DNA of 64,000 bases, from contig CM022676.1 in the NCBI GenBank assembly GCA_012295275.1, positions 9,486,001-9,550,000 of the forward strand, given 5' to 3'. Position numbers and translations under genes: made by a program. The notes under the pieces are model-generated. The model was not told where the DNA came from, searched no databases, and worked only from the letters and a program-made list of their open reading frames with translations. Shown here piece after piece: positions 40,037-61,753 of the stretch. How positions within the stretch are numbered: the stretch's first letter is position 1; each line of letters opens with the position of its first letter. The DNA comes from Chrysomallon squamiferum (Eukaryota > Animalia > Mollusca).

Positions 40037-40070
<34 letters not shown>

Positions 40071-41115
40071 GTTATTTTGTCTTTTTTTAATTTTCTTTAT
40101 ATTACAATTAAAAGTAAAAATAAAAATTAAGTAAATAAATGTTGTGCTATTATTCCTTAAAGTTCATCAAAACTAATGTTTTCATCTTGAGATCAAAATT
40201 ATTTTCGGAAATGTCACTGATTTATAGAATATCAAAAATTCTGTACACAATAAATGATGACAAATGAAGAAGAAGAAAAAAAAATCAAATATTTTATATT
40301 AGTTTTAAAAATACATGTCTGGGTAAGCTATCCCAGTTTGCAATGCATGTCAGCCATCTTGTTTCCCAAGCCCAGAGTAGATTAGAATGAAATGACAAAG
40401 ATGTGTGTGTTCAAGTTGACAAATTCTGTTTAACTATAGTGATATTATTACATTATTACTTATCCACTCAGTAAACTATATATTTATTGACTGAATTTCA
40501 AAATAAAACTGTAACTTTGTTCAGTATATTATTTATACATGGCTTATGTCAATCTAGGAATCAAAATTATGCATAGGTTATTGTAAAAAAAAAAAAAATT
40601 AAGTAAAAATAAAATAGCAACAAAATGGGCTCAAGTTAACATGAAAATGAGCAATAGATAATTATAGAAATTAAATCAAAATTTGCTAGTGATGTTGGAA
40701 ATCAAACCCAAACATTAACTTCAATTAAATATCTTGTTAAAGATACGAAATTGTTTTTTTTTGTATTTTTTTCAGGTGACAGAAATTGGTGGAATCATAA
40801 AATTTAAATTCTCTCATATCAAACTTGTTATCATTATCTGTGATTTATTCAAAATCCTAGATTTTACATCATTTCTTGGAGAGAAGCTTCTATCATAGAG
40901 AGCCTGTTTGAGAAGATGGTAAAATAATATACAAATGCTTCTTGAAGTGACAATTAAAAACAAAACAAAAATTTCCTTTCAGAGAGACATTGTATATAGA
41001 TTATTATTATTTTTTTTTTTTTTTTTTTAAGTTATGTTTGGCATTTATTTTCTAAATCTGTTAATGAAATATGTTATTCTTCTTAAAAAAAATATATATA
41101 TATATAATAATATAA

Positions 41116-41157
<42 letters not shown>

Positions 41158-42556
41158 AACATTAAAAATAATAATAGCAGAAATAAAAAATAAATAAGAT
41201 TTAAAAAAATATACAGTTTAAAAAAACAAAAAATGGAGAAAAAGATAAGATATTATGGCATGTGTGGACCCTAGAAAAATCAAATGTGTGTAAAAAGATA
41301 TGTCATTCACAATCAGTAAAGATAAGTAATCACTTATAATTCATGTGTTGAGTAGGTTTTTATTATAAAGATATTCTCATTTTGATAAACCAACCTGCAA
41401 TACGTTAGGCAAAGAGCCAGCTGTTATTTTGATTCTAACCAGTGGTGATGATGTGAAAAACACATATGGCACATTTGATAGAGATGTAATATTTTGAGGT
41501 GTGACTTTAATTTAAGAAATATATTCAAAGAATTTCAGGTTTGGATATTTCAGTTGTGTTAAAATTAGATGGCAAGAATAGGGGTGAAGAATGCAAAAAT
41601 GTAACGTTTTTTTTGTTTTTTGTATTTCTTTTTGTTTTGTTTTGGTTTTTTTGTGTGTCACATTGCACTTATCTGTTCTGTATATATTTTTTTTCTTTCA
41701 ATAAATATTATTCTAACTTCTGTTTTTAATAGCTGTGACAGTGAAAATTTATTTAAAAAAATGTTTTTGAATACCAATATCAAAAATTGCCAAAAAAAAC
41801 CACGTTATTTTTTTTTAAATTTCTTAAACCAATATTTTTACTTCTAATTCTTTGTAACTTTTAAAAACTTGTATTATATTTATTCCAATATGAAAAATGC
41901 CAAAATGAATATATTTTGTTATTATTGTTGTCTTTAAATTTTTTATTTGAGAAAAGCCAAAGATTCATCTAACTGTAGCTAAAATTATTCAGCTAGAGAG
42001 CAGCCATCTTGTATATTCATCTTTTCTGTTTATGTCTTGCATCTGTTGTTTTGAAGGGATGTAAAACATTTAAATTATTTTTTAAACATTTTTGGTAAAC
42101 ATCTGTATTTTACAACTATATATGTATTTTTTTTTTTTTTAAGAATTATAATGGTAGAAGAGAATACAGAACAGTTATTATAATTATGATTTTTGAATGA
42201 TACAAAACATTTGATTTGATATCTGTGATACAGTTTGTATGATTGGTCAATGTAAACTTTAATCTGATTGGTGCATTTTAATGTTAATTTTTATTCCTTC
42301 ACAGAGTGAATATATATTTTTTTTTATAATTATAAATTATGAAGCAGAAAAACATTTAAAACATATTACTAATAACAAGCATTGTTGAAGCATATAGATG
42401 TATGTTTATATATTATAATTATTTTTAAATTATGAAGCACTGATTTTTTTTTTGCTTGTTACTAATTCTTTATTTTTTAATGATATATATTTATGTATGT
42501 ATGTATGTATATATATATATATATTTATGTATGTGTTTATATATATATATATACAC

Positions 42557-42599
<43 letters not shown>

Positions 42600-44485
42600 C
42601 CTAACATCTGAAAACAAAACCACTAAATGGTTTGTAAATGTTTATACAAAAATTATTTTATTTATTCATTTGTTGCATTTTTTTGTTCTTTCTGTGCAAT
42701 ATATCATTTTTTTTTTTTTTACTTTATGCAACACCTGCCTATTTCCAGGTAAAACTGTGATACCTGTATATTAATTAATTACAGGTAAGCTCTGTATATT
42801 CATACAGGTATCAGAATTTTTATTATATTAACTGCTATTGTAAAGAAATAATTAAAAACTAATAATTAATGTCAGATAAATTTCATACATGATTTGTACA
42901 TAGAAAATTATATTTAAATGATTTCGTTTGAAATATTTTTTACTTTCTTTCTTTTCATTATATTTCATTTACTTCGTTTTTGTTTTTGTAGATTATTTAT
43001 AAACACAAACACCTCATGAGTCCAAAAACTCAATATTTAAACATTTCTTGAAACATACAAATTCTTTTAGGAATAAAATATTTAAAAAAATAATAAAATA
43101 ATTATGTAATAAAGAGAAATTAAAAACAAAACCAGGAAATCTTAATCTTTCTATCTTTATTTACAAAAATATGGAATTAAAAGAAATGAAATCAAATCAA
43201 AAAAGAAAACCACAAAAATTGTTAATTTTGTGTATTTATTTACAAGAATATGGAATTAAAGAACTTATTTATACAAAATTTAGTGGGGTTTTTTTGTTTG
43301 TTATATTTAAAATATATAATTGTTAAAAGTATTGGACTTATTGCCCGTTCCAGCTACTGCTCCAGTTTATCTGATTATGCAGTTATGATTACTTATATAT
43401 CTTCTGTTTCTTCCTTTCTTTCTTAGCAGCAAGTTTCATTCATATACAAATTTGTTAATAAATTATTATTAAATAAAATGTCTTTTTTCTTTAAATATTT
43501 CTTTTATGTTTTTTTTTTTTGGCTGGGACACTATAGAAGAAAACTTAATAAATAATAACTAAAACAAACATTAAAAATATATATATATTTTTTATTATTA
43601 TTATTTTTTTTTTTTTTTTTTTTTAAATTAAAGAAAAGGAGCAGGATCTGATGAAAATTTAAGATGGTTATGCAAAAATAAAACATTTCGAACCAAACAA
43701 ATGAAACAGCTGGAACAGATTTGATAAAACATCTATTTATAAAACAGATATTTACTGTTGTAATTCAAAATGGATTTATGAAAAATAATCGATGCTTGTT
43801 TGTAAAAACAATATTTTCTCCAAATATTGGAAAAGAATAACAACAGTATTACAGTAATGATTATAACAATTACTAATAATAAATAAATAAATAAATAAAT
43901 AAAATAATAATGAAGACCCAAAGTTAGCATTAGTAACCTTTATTCTTGTTTCATTTACATTTCTTTTTCAAACTGGGTAAGAAAATTTTTTTTAAAATAA
44001 AAAATAATAATTATTGCAATTATAATAAATTAATAAATAAAAAAAAAAAATAAAAAATATAAAAAAAAAAAATAAAAATAAAAATTAAAATAAAAATAAA
44101 TAAATAAATGAATAAATATACATATAAATAAATAAAATATTAAATATATATAAATAAATATAAACAAATAAATAAATAAATAAATAAATAAATATATATA
44201 TATAAATAAAAAAAAAATATATAAATAAATAAATAAATAAATATATATAAATAAATAAAAAAATAAAAAAAAATATAAATATAAATAAATAAATAAATAA
44301 ATATACTTTATTACCAAAAAAAACTATCACATCTTTCCCTTCACCAATCTTAACAAATCTAGCTCCTTTAATAAATAAAAATAAAAACCTCAAAACAACC
44401 ACACTCACACACTCACTCTCTCTCTCTGCCTGAAAAAAAACGTTAACAATACGAAGGCAAAAAAACAAACAAACAAACAAGAAAC

Positions 44486-45134
44486 CTAAGTCGTAGTCAA
44501 CCACTCAATCCTCTTCGTCAACCAACTGACTTCTTCTTCGAGATGCTGCTCAGACCAGAACGCGAGCATTTTTGTGTAGCGTTCGGTGACGTCGAAACTG
44601 CAGGAAAACTGGAGCTTTCTCAGACAGCAGGGACACAGAAAAGATGGCCGCGCATCTGCTTCTTCCAGATTGTTTGAGCCATTCATCAGGCACTGGAAGT
44701 GAACACAGTGAGACAGGCCAAACATGTGCGATATTTCATGGCACATCGTCTTGCACGCTCTTCGTAGTATGTTAGGAACGCTATCACTGAAAAAAAAGAA
44801 AGATTTAGAATAAAATCTTTTACGTTTTTGTTTTTTGTTTTTTTGAATAATACCAATACTAGCAGCTATATTGAAATGATTTGGTTATGATGTGGGGAAA
44901 TGTATCTGAAAATAGCTTTTATATATATATATATATATATTTGTTATGTTTGAATTTTAACAATTTTATTGGCAATCAACCATTGTAAATAATAAAGTGT
45001 GAACACGAAAGTATTCATTAAAATGTTGGGTTTTTTGGGGGGCAGTAGGAATGAATTAACTAATAAAAAAAAAAATTATATATAATTATGTTATTATTTT
45101 ATTCTTTTATGAAGATGATGATGTGATTATGTTG

Positions 45135-45198
<64 letters not shown>

Positions 45199-48192
45199 CT
45201 AACACTTTTATTATTATAATAAATTAAAAAAAAAAAAAAAAAAAACAGATTAATGTTGTTGTCATTGATGACAACAATGAATATGTACTGTTTTTAATTA
45301 TTTTTTTACTGTAATGGTCAAAAACGTTACACCAGAAAAACGTGACTAAATTACAGCCAATTAAAACGACTCTTTCAAAGAACACCAACCAATGAAAACG
45401 GGTCTTACCAAGCAACTGAACTTACGCATGTTCGTCGAAAATGGAGGATCTATGGCGACTGAAGTGTGTCATGTATCTTGCCAGGGAATACACCCCAACC
45501 CTGTTTGGAAAGCTAGCTAGTCCGAACACAAAGTTCGAATCCGGTTTTGGGTACAAGTCGCACATGGTGATTCCAGCCAGACAGAAGGCGTTTGGCTTCA
45601 GTTGACCTTTCAAAACAGCAAGCAAGTCTGTGGCGTTAACCTTAACACAAACCAGACAAGAATTACATTCGTGTAGCATAAAATATACAAGAATTACAAT
45701 CATGTAACATAAACCATACAAGAATTACATTTGTGTAACATAAAATATATAAGAATTACATTTGTGTAACATAAATCATACAAGAATTACATTTGTGTAA
45801 CATAAAATATATAAGAATTACATTTGTGCAACATAACATTTACAAGAATTACAGTTGTGTAACATAAAATATACAAGAATTACATTCATGTAATATAAAA
45901 TATAAAAAAATTATATTCATGTAACATAAAATATACAAGAATTATATTAGTGTAACATAAAAATGCAAGAATCATATTCACTTAACATAAAACACAATAA
46001 TTACATTCATGTAACATAAAACATAAAAAAACTACCTTCATGTAACATAAAATATACAAAGCTATATTTGTGTAACATAAAATATATAAAAATCACATTC
46101 GTATAAAATAAAACATACAAGAATTAAATTCATGTAACATAAAACAACATAACAATAATTTATCATTATGAAGAAAAATGACATAAATCTAGAGATATAT
46201 TTTAATAAATTATAGAAACTGATCAGTTATAAAATGTTCCGAGTAATGAATATATGAATAAATTAATATTTAATCTCTGTTAAAGGTTAACAATGTTCAG
46301 AATAATGAATACATGAATAAATTAACATTTAATAAGATTTAAACTTTTTAATATCTAACTTCTGTTAAATGTCAGTATATCCTATGTTTAACTTTTGTAT
46401 CCATCCTTACTTAATGTAAAATATTTAAAAAGGATTTTAAAATGTTAGTCAGTTAATAATAATAATAATAATTTTATTTATTTATATTTACAACACTAAT
46501 TATGGAGAGGAAACTGGTATCAAAATAAAGCTTATTCTATAACATCCCAAAATGCTTCTTAATCACTAATTCACTGTACAGCATTACAAAATTTTCAAAT
46601 TACATAATCTAGATTTACGTCATTTTTCTTCATAATGATAAATTATTGTTATGTTGTTTTATGTTACATGAATTTAATTCTGGTATGTTTTATTTTATAC
46701 GAATGTAATTCTTATATATTTTAATTTATTTGTAAAATTATTAATCCGAACCTGTCTGATCCCTGTGTGTTCCAGCTTTCGATCATGCACTGCACCTTTC
46801 AGTTTGACGTTTTCTAACAATACGACCGGTATTCCAAAAAATATTTCAGCGTACACTGTAAGAGGTTCGAGAGTAAATTGTGGAACAGGATCTTCGAAAA
46901 ACGACATCGGCTGCAGATAGACGGTGTTACGAGTGCCATCCGGTTTCGTTGTCCACGCTGTCACAAACTTGGCGAATGTTTGCGGAGACTCTTTGTGGGA
47001 GGCGAGCCAATCATCGGGGCCCGGTTTGCTTATTTTAGTGAAGCTTTCGGAATCTTGTCGCGTAAAATGATAATAAATACAGTTTGTTAAGTAGCAGTGA
47101 TAAATGATAAATGATAACAGTATAATTTAAATAAAAATAGAAACAGCTTCTTTTCTTTTTATTTATTTATATATTGTTAGATAGATAGATGACTAGATAG
47201 CTAGATAGATGGATAGCTAGATAGCCAGATAGATAGATAAAGAGACAAAGATAGATGGATGAATGGATGGATTGATAAACAGATATACATATATTTGCAT
47301 AATTAATTAATATTTTTGTAATATAACCCATACTGTCTTCTGTGACTAGCATTACTACTACTACTATCACTATTACTACAACTACTATTACTAATTCTGC
47401 TGTTACCACTACATGCTACTACTAGTAACACTAAACTACTATAATTTTGCTACTACTACTACTAGTATTATTTGAATGACAACTGGTACTACTATTAGCA
47501 CTACTTTTACTCCTATAAAAAAACAAAACCAATTACTACTAATACTGCTACTGTCACTATTACTACAACAACCACTACTACTGCTATTATTACAACAACA
47601 ATTACTATAGTACTACTACTACTCTACTAATACTAAGTTTCTTTATGAAATTAATAATATATTGGTTTATGTGTCTTTTGTGTGTGTGTGTGTGTGTGTG
47701 TTAGATCCACGTTTGTACATTAAACTTAAAACTGACTCATCAGAATAAAGTTATTTCATTTTTGTACATAAGTATTTACCAGGTATAAAATATTTAACAA
47801 AATCTGGTGGAAGATTTTTTCCTGTATTGGGATACATTTCTTCATATTTGAGAAGAAACCCATCATATTTTCCTCGTTCTCCTTCGTGATGTGTCTTTAA
47901 TAATAATAATAATAATAATATAATTATTATTTCTAATATTGCTGTTATTATCATATTAATATATATTATTTAGATTAGCTATTGTTGTTGTCGTTGTTAA
48001 TACAATAAATCAATAAATAAATATAATTCTATATATTAAAACATATACTTCAAAGTCAGAATAGAAGTTAACGCAATTCTAAATTGTCCTAGTCCTGATT
48101 CAATGTGCAGTCTTTTTATTATTACTTACTTTGACAGCCAGGCCGATAGCTTCTAACAAAGCATCGTCGGTCGGGATTTTAAACTTACTCAT
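44486..48192 (-). CDS. AMZ2: Archaemetzincin (peptidase M54, AMZ2-like), ~331 aa. Exons 48192-48130, 47894-47780, 47053-46752, 45640-45426, 44786-44486
   Basis: HEISHMFGLSHC-x3-CLMNGSN..E.D.RP..LCPCCLRKL carries the metzincin zinc motif plus the Cys cluster. PGPDDWLASHKESPQTF and GITMCDLYP..NFVFGLAS..VGVYSLARY are typical archaemetzincin segments. Exon phases are consistent. Confidence 0.9.
45655..46145. repeat. ~30-bp minisatellite (ACAAGAATTACATTTGTGTAACATAAAATAT) in an AMZ intron
   Basis: About 15 units, becoming more degenerate to the right. Confidence 0.9.
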
Positions 48193-48586
48193 AATTTCAA
48201 GACTGCTAATACAAACAGCATGAAAACTTTTACACTATCATCACGATGTGAAGCCATGGAAATAAATATAAACTATGTTTCCTTTAAACTAAGCGATGAC
48301 ATCGGCTTTTTCCATTTATATTCAAACGTTCCGGAAAATGACGATTTAGCAAAAGGGAGATAAATCAAAATATTTTTCAAGAGTTTATTATTTTTATAGA
48401 CGTTGGTGGTGGTGGTGGTGTTACTGCTGCTGCCCTTTACAGTCGTCATCTTTGATATAAAAAGAGAAAGAATGAAGAAAACGAAAATAAATTGAGACTG
48501 CAAAAATAATAAAAGGAATAAGTAGAAGTTTGGTTATCTATAACAGATTTAGATTATGAACCATATAAATATTTAATCTTTAGAGA

Positions 48587-48634
<48 letters not shown>

Positions 48635-48712
48635 GAAGAAAAATCCAATATAATAACAGAAATTTCAACTTTATTGTCCGCCATCTGTTAAATTGATAAC
48701 TTTTGCTTTATC

Positions 48713-48767
<55 letters not shown>

Positions 48768-49418
48768 TGATAGTAATAGTAATAGTAGTAACAGTAGCAG
48801 CAGCAGTAGTAGTGATAGTAATAATGTTGTAATCGAGATAAATCCTAAAAACTTATTCGAAAGTCTTGGGAAGTTTTATTTAAATATCCTCTGACATCAG
48901 TGTATTAAAAATGTAATTATTTTGAGTTTCATCTCTCTCATTAATTAGAATTAATGAAACAGCTTTATAATAATAACAACAACAACAGCAACAACAACAC
49001 AAACACTAACAAAACAACACAAGGCGATTTAGAAACAATATGAATTTTATTTAACAATAATGCACGAATCAACGTACATATTTTTTTTTTTTTTTTTTTT
49101 TTTTTGTCATTTCCATTTTGTTATTTTTCTCTCCAAATATTTTTATCTATCTGACAGAAATCTGAAACATTTTTAAATACAATGTAATACGGTTATGATT
49201 ACAACAAAAGACCTTTTATAAAGAGAAGAGAAAAAAAAAATGAAAAGAAACACGCAAAACAGCTCAACTTTTTTTTTTTTTTTGTTCTGTATACAAGTGA
49301 AAATAATATTACTATATATTCTTCCTCTCCTTTCTATCACATGTTATCTTGAAATTAAATCTATGTTAATACAGGAAACCGATATTATGTAAAATTTAAT
49401 TAAAAGTGAAAAAAAAAG

Positions 49419-49464
<46 letters not shown>

Positions 49465-49534
49465 TTAAAATAAAATAGTAATAATATAATAAAAACGGTA
49501 TGTTCATAATTTCTCTTCTACTGGACATGATTGC

Positions 49535-49603
<69 letters not shown>

Positions 49604-50221
49604 AATAACTATCAAAGTTCAATGGAAAAAAAATTTGTACATATCCTTGCAGGAAATGACGTCATGAATATTATTTTGGAAGCATATTAAATACACTTTT
49701 CTATTTTTAGTATCGAAATACGTGATATTTATATTTTATTGTTTGGCAGTAATTAAAGTAGTTTAAAACGCAACATTTTGATGTGATCTTATTATTCTCC
49801 CTTCCCCATTTTGATACATACCCGTATTACGTGGGCAGCCGGACTATACCACCCACAAGAAAGAACAAAAAAAAAAAAATGTTTACAATTCCCCTTCTTT
49901 AAAATAAGTAGCTTTTAGAAGACAGTAGAACACAAAGCAATTTAATTATGATTATTTTTAGGCAATGTTGAATCGTTTGTAACAATATTATTGGTCAGTT
50001 ATGCACATGCGCATTTTCGATTATTACGAGAAACCGAGTGCGTTAATTATATTATTATACATTTTTTTCCCCGTCATATACTACTTTCCAAACAGTTCAC
50101 TTCTTTAGTACTAGTAAGGTGGTTTCTATTTAGAGGTAGTCAATAATGTAGTGGAACATTAAGAGGGCTTAGTGGTTAGAATAATGGGGTGGTCACAAAT
50201 AAAGATCGTTTGAGATTAATA

Positions 50222-50268
<47 letters not shown>

Positions 50269-51063
50269 GAAAAACACTTAAAATAACAGAAATAGTTGTA
50301 GAAGCAGCACCTGTAATAGAGCTAATAGTATTTGAAGAAATAATAATAATAATGAGATGTTTCTTATTAAATGAATGCTACGTTTATATTAGTTTACAGG
50401 GACGGATGTTCAGATAGTGTATTAAATTCTTATATTTCTTTGTTTTTCTTTTTTTTTTAAGTACCTAATAATGCAATCCGTATATATTAATTTTTAAATC
50501 AGATGATTTTCCTTACTTTTAATTTATCGTTTTGTCATAACTGCCATTTTTGTGTCACCAAAAAATTAATTTAAAAATATCAAAGAAAGTAATAAAGAAA
50601 AATAAAAAAAGAGGATGAAAAATATTCATTTGATATAAAATATATATATACATATATATATTTATATATCTCAAGGACATCCAAGATACCGTGAACATAT
50701 TTATAGAAAGTTTTTAAATTTAACATATTTACGAGTTACTAGTTATTTCTTTTGCAGCACCTTCTGCTTATCCCGTTCCAGACCCACTTAAACAGTAGTG
50801 TAAACGGTGGAAAATCTATCCATTTACCGTCAGAAGAAATTACTTCTCCCTTTCACACATTCCTGTAGAGAAATAATAGTTAGTTTTTTTGTTTTCATAT
50901 TCGCCCAAAAATAACTTTTAAGAAAACTGCTGTGTAATGCAGTGGACACCCAAGTTTTTAAATTTTTTTGTTTTCATTACAATCATCGTGTTTTTAACAT
51001 ATGTCACAATGCTTGTAAGACTGCACTTGAGTGCAGGAAAAAAAAGAGTAACTAATAATAACA

Positions 51064-51104
<41 letters not shown>

Positions 51105-52799
51105 AAAACTAAAAATAAAATAATAGTAGAAACGATCAATACAAAAATTACTGATAAATGTAAAAAAATAAAAATAAAAATAAAAATAAAGGCGCATTCA
51201 GACACGACAATTTTTTCGGGGGGTTTTATCACCACTATGAATACTTTTAAAGAACGCCATTTCTGCATATGTGATTGAAAAATGTGTCTGACTTTGTTGC
51301 TAAAAAAAAAAAAAAAAAAAGTGATGCGCCCCAACAACAGTTTCATTAATACAAATATTAATTAAAAAATTGTAAACAAAATTGTTACAACAAATCGCAG
51401 AATATAACTGCACCTTAATATACACATATATATAATATAGTAATATATATCAAACGACATTTGTATCTAAACACAATGATAAATGTAAGAAATTACGAAA
51501 CTTGTGTGTGAGTGCGTGTATATATATATATATACATACACACACTCTCTTAACACACACACACACTCACACACACACATCAGAAGAAAACGTCAAAATT
51601 AGAACAAGCTAATTAACATAAAGACACGACCAATCAGAAAAGGCGTTAGATAAAGCTGAACAAATGTAGCTCTTCCTGTTTTCCCCAGGAACATTAAGTT
51701 TCAAATACCCATACTGAACCCTAAGAATGGATAAAAGGCAAGGTTAATGACTAAATGCTTCTTTTTTTTTTGTTTGTTTGTTTGTTTAACCAATACTTTA
51801 ACATAACAAGGAAAACCCAGTGTTATGAATAATATCCAAATGAAATTTTATCGTTAATGAACCTATAATATTTTAATGCTTAAAAGATTTTGTTATCTTT
51901 TTTAAAACAGAATTTAGACTAAGGGATTATATTTTTATGTATTAATGCGCCATTTGTAGTGCAAAAAAAAAAAAATCATAAAAAAAAATCAAACAGACGT
52001 TGTGAATAGGCATGAACAAATTATCAAATGAATTTAAAAAAAAAAAAAAAAATATGAGCTTAAAAATGTTTCTAGTTTAGTACATGATAACATTTGCAGT
52101 AACGTTATTTTAAACACAACATGATTATCAACATCAAAATGGTTCCAAGAATGCTAGTACATAATTATCCATAATCAGGGCCTGCCTTCTAATTAGTTCA
52201 TGTGTACTGTACAATCATGTGACAATGAAATGAAAACATATAGCACTTAAGAAAAAAAAAAATTGTAATCAGCATGATGTTGGTAAAAAAACAAAAAAAA
52301 ACATCATGTGACTGCATTACAAGCCAATCAGATTTCTACAAATATTAAAATCAAACCTAGAACAGCCAATCAGATTTCTACAATATTAATATAAAATCTA
52401 GAACAGCCAATCAGATTTCGAGTATTTCTGAGTATAACCAATCAGTTTGTTCCATGTGTACAACGTCTGGAATTGGCTGAATTTAAATACTATTTTCAAG
52501 AAAGAAATGTTATTTACATCTGACTATAAACAAAAATTTCATTTTCAAGTATCAACTTAGAATGTAATAACAATATATAATAATTATAAACGTATAAATA
52601 AATTCATATACAAGAGCACTGACTCAGATAAACTAGTAAAAAAAAAAAAGGAAAAAAGAAGAAAAAAACCCCACTCAAAACAAGAAAACAATCAGATTTT
52701 TGTTGTTTTTAATGTTCTTTCTGTTGTTGTTTATATTAAAATTACTGTAATTTTTTTATTTATTTATTTCATCTTTTTTTACTCAAAGAAATGAGTTCG

Positions 52800-53117
52800 T
52801 TTATGACCTGTAAAAACAGACCACCTTGTAAAACACTATATACGAGGTGGTCATTACAGAGAGATCTGTTGGTTTGAACTCTACCTCAATCCAAAGACCA
52901 CCTTATCATAACACACTGTATTTAAAAGGTGGTCTTTAGAGATAGGTCTGAATGTCATCTGTAATCAAATTACTGAAAGATAAATGGACTTGTTTTAGTA
53001 AGGTGGTTGTTATTAAAAGATTTTACAAGTCTTTTGACTTCCACTTATTTCAAAACACTCACACCTTTACTATAAGCCTGTATTAAATGGGTGGTTGTAA
53101 TGGACAGGTTTGACTAT
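52800..53117. mobile_element. Degenerate MITE-like element with GACCACC..GGTGGTC internal hairpins; shorter relative at ~20232-20305
   Basis: Repeated GACCACC/GGTGGT motifs and a terminal CAGGTTTGACT-TA resembling Tc1/pogo-derived MITE ends. Confidence 0.45.
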
Positions 53118-53482
53118 AATTATGAACTGTATTTTGTCTGGGATATATATATATATATGTTTTTAATAAAAAGGATATTACAAATACACAAATCTTTCTT
53201 TTGTTTAGTTCCTTCTTTTTTTTTTTTTCAGTTCAATAATAATAAAATTATATATAAATTATAACAACAATAAAAATTGGCAAAAAATTGTTAAATAAAA
53301 TGACGACATATCCTTTAGCACTTGATGAAGACAAAACAATCGAGATAAAATCTTTGAAAATTATTAAAACAACGTTACATCAATATACGTAATTAACGCA
53401 CTAACACATCAACTAAACTGAAAAAAAAAAAAAATTGTAACACAAAACTGTTTTAACACACAACTACTTAACAGTAATCTGT

Positions 53483-53527
<45 letters not shown>

Positions 53528-55441
53528 ACACGCACACACACACACACACACACAAACGCACATACATGATTATATACATGGATCCATAGACATATCTACA
53601 AACTTGTTTATTTTTTTATTTTGTTTTTAAATGTTATATTGATCATTTATTATTATTATTTTTTTTTTTTAATTTTTATTTAAATCACTGATGAGAAAAG
53701 AGATGTTAGTTCTGTAAATTAAAAAAAAAATAAAGAGGTAAAAAAAAAAAAAATATATATAAAGTTAATGTTTTACTCACCGGTGTATTAGAAACACAAA
53801 AAAAAATGGGTGTGCATCTGTGACTGTGTTTGTTTGTGTGTCTGTGTTTTAGGATGTGTATATATGTGTTTGTATATTTGTGTATGTGTGTGTGTGTGTG
53901 TGTAAAAAGTTAAAAGATCAGAAAAGATCATGTTGCTTTTTAAAATTTCATCTATTAATATACAAAATAATATAATAATAACAATAATAACAATAATAAT
54001 AATAATAATTTAATAATAGTAGTACTAGTAGTAATGACAGTAAAATATACTGTTAGAAAGATTTTTAAAAATTATTTTCTTAACTTTACAAAACGAAGCA
54101 TTACTGTTATCCTGAGTAAATAAAAAAATAATAAAAATTAATATCGTTGAGATCCTGTTTCATGATGCAGTCAGTACACTGCTGAACCAATCATATTCCA
54201 TTAACACCTGTCAATCAAACTAAAATACGATTAATCAACCAATCACATTAAGACAACATCACATGAGTCTACAAGATCACAAGTAAACAGACAACCAATC
54301 ACAAATCATTTTAGTCCATTCTGCTCCAAACAGTTTTAACCCAACCAATCACAATCACTGTACCAAATATTTTGCCTAATCAACAATGCCATTTTTATTT
54401 TTTTTGTTTTGTTTTTTGAGAACATTTTTCTTGCAAATTTTGGAAGTCTGAAATGGCACCTGTGCCAAACGTTGTCTTCCATTTTTTTTTTTTTTTTTTT
54501 AATGAAAATTGCTAAGATTATCTTCCAAATATTTTTGAAGTTTGTCAAATACACAGAGTTTTCTTTTCAGAAAGACCACAATCAACACTCACATAAACTG
54601 TGTTTGTACTAATACATCTCCATATTTGTCTTCTTCTGTTTGTGCATCACTTTAGAGAGAGGTGGGGCTAGTCACAGGTTCAGAGACTGAAATTTTTCAG
54701 CGTCCAAATTTGGAAATTAAAAACGGATAAAAAAGAAAAAAAAAAAGAAAGAAAAAAAAAGACATCAGTGAATTTCTTAATACAACCTATTTTAAACGTA
54801 TCTGGTTTGTGAAAGAATTTTTCTTCCCCCACCAAAAAAAAAACCGAAATAAATAATTAATTTTTTTTTCAACTTTCTTTTTTAAAAATTTTTAAATTTT
54901 TTTTATTATCTTCACATTTTTTTTTTTTTTTTTTGTCTTCAAATTTCAATAAATAATGATCATTTTGGTGAATCTATAGAAAGAAAAATTCACACCAACA
55001 ATTAAATATATCTGATAGGTGTTGTCAGATCACTGATATCCAATTCCAACATCTGCTCCTTGACATCAAGATGTCTTCCTTAACAGCACAAATTTCAATC
55101 CAGTATTTCTTTCTTGGATATTCTCTGATCCGAAATTTACGACAAAAAGCGAATATTCCATCGAGGTCTCAATCCACAGTAGAAAAAAATCACAATATCT
55201 TATATTAGTATTATTATTTTCGTCACATTTTTCCACCATACAGAGAGACTCAGTCTGAATGCTCTGAAAACCCTGAAATCACAAGATCCTTACTTCTGCC
55301 TCCATCATAAAGTGGTCTAAAAAGCACCATCATGATTTATACAGTGGTCTCAAACCACAATTTCTTTTTTCAAAAATCATCATCATCATCATTATCATTA
55401 TTATTATTATCTTGTTTTTTTCTTTCTTATAAACTTCCATT

Positions 55442-61423
<5,982 letters not shown>

Positions 61424-61630
61424 TCTGCTGTTAACTTACATGATAAAACCTGAAATAGATAAATAAACAAATAAATAAATAAATAAATAAAATTAAAAAA
61501 CTACACATATATACAAATAGATAGTGATAAAACCTGAAAGAGATAAATAAATAAATATATAAATAAATAAATAAATAAATGAAATAAAAATAAATAAATA
61601 AATAATTTTAAAAAAAACAAAACAAATATA

Positions 61631-61669
<39 letters not shown>

Positions 61670-61722
61670 AATTAGAAAACCACACAAATATACAAATAGA
61701 TAGTGATAATACCTGAAATAGA

Positions 61723-61753
<31 letters not shown>

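Noticed and set aside
54978-55016. GAAAGAAAAATTCACACC...CTGA resembling the snoRNA 5' half
   Set aside because: Short AT-rich similarity with no C box, terminal stem or D guide.
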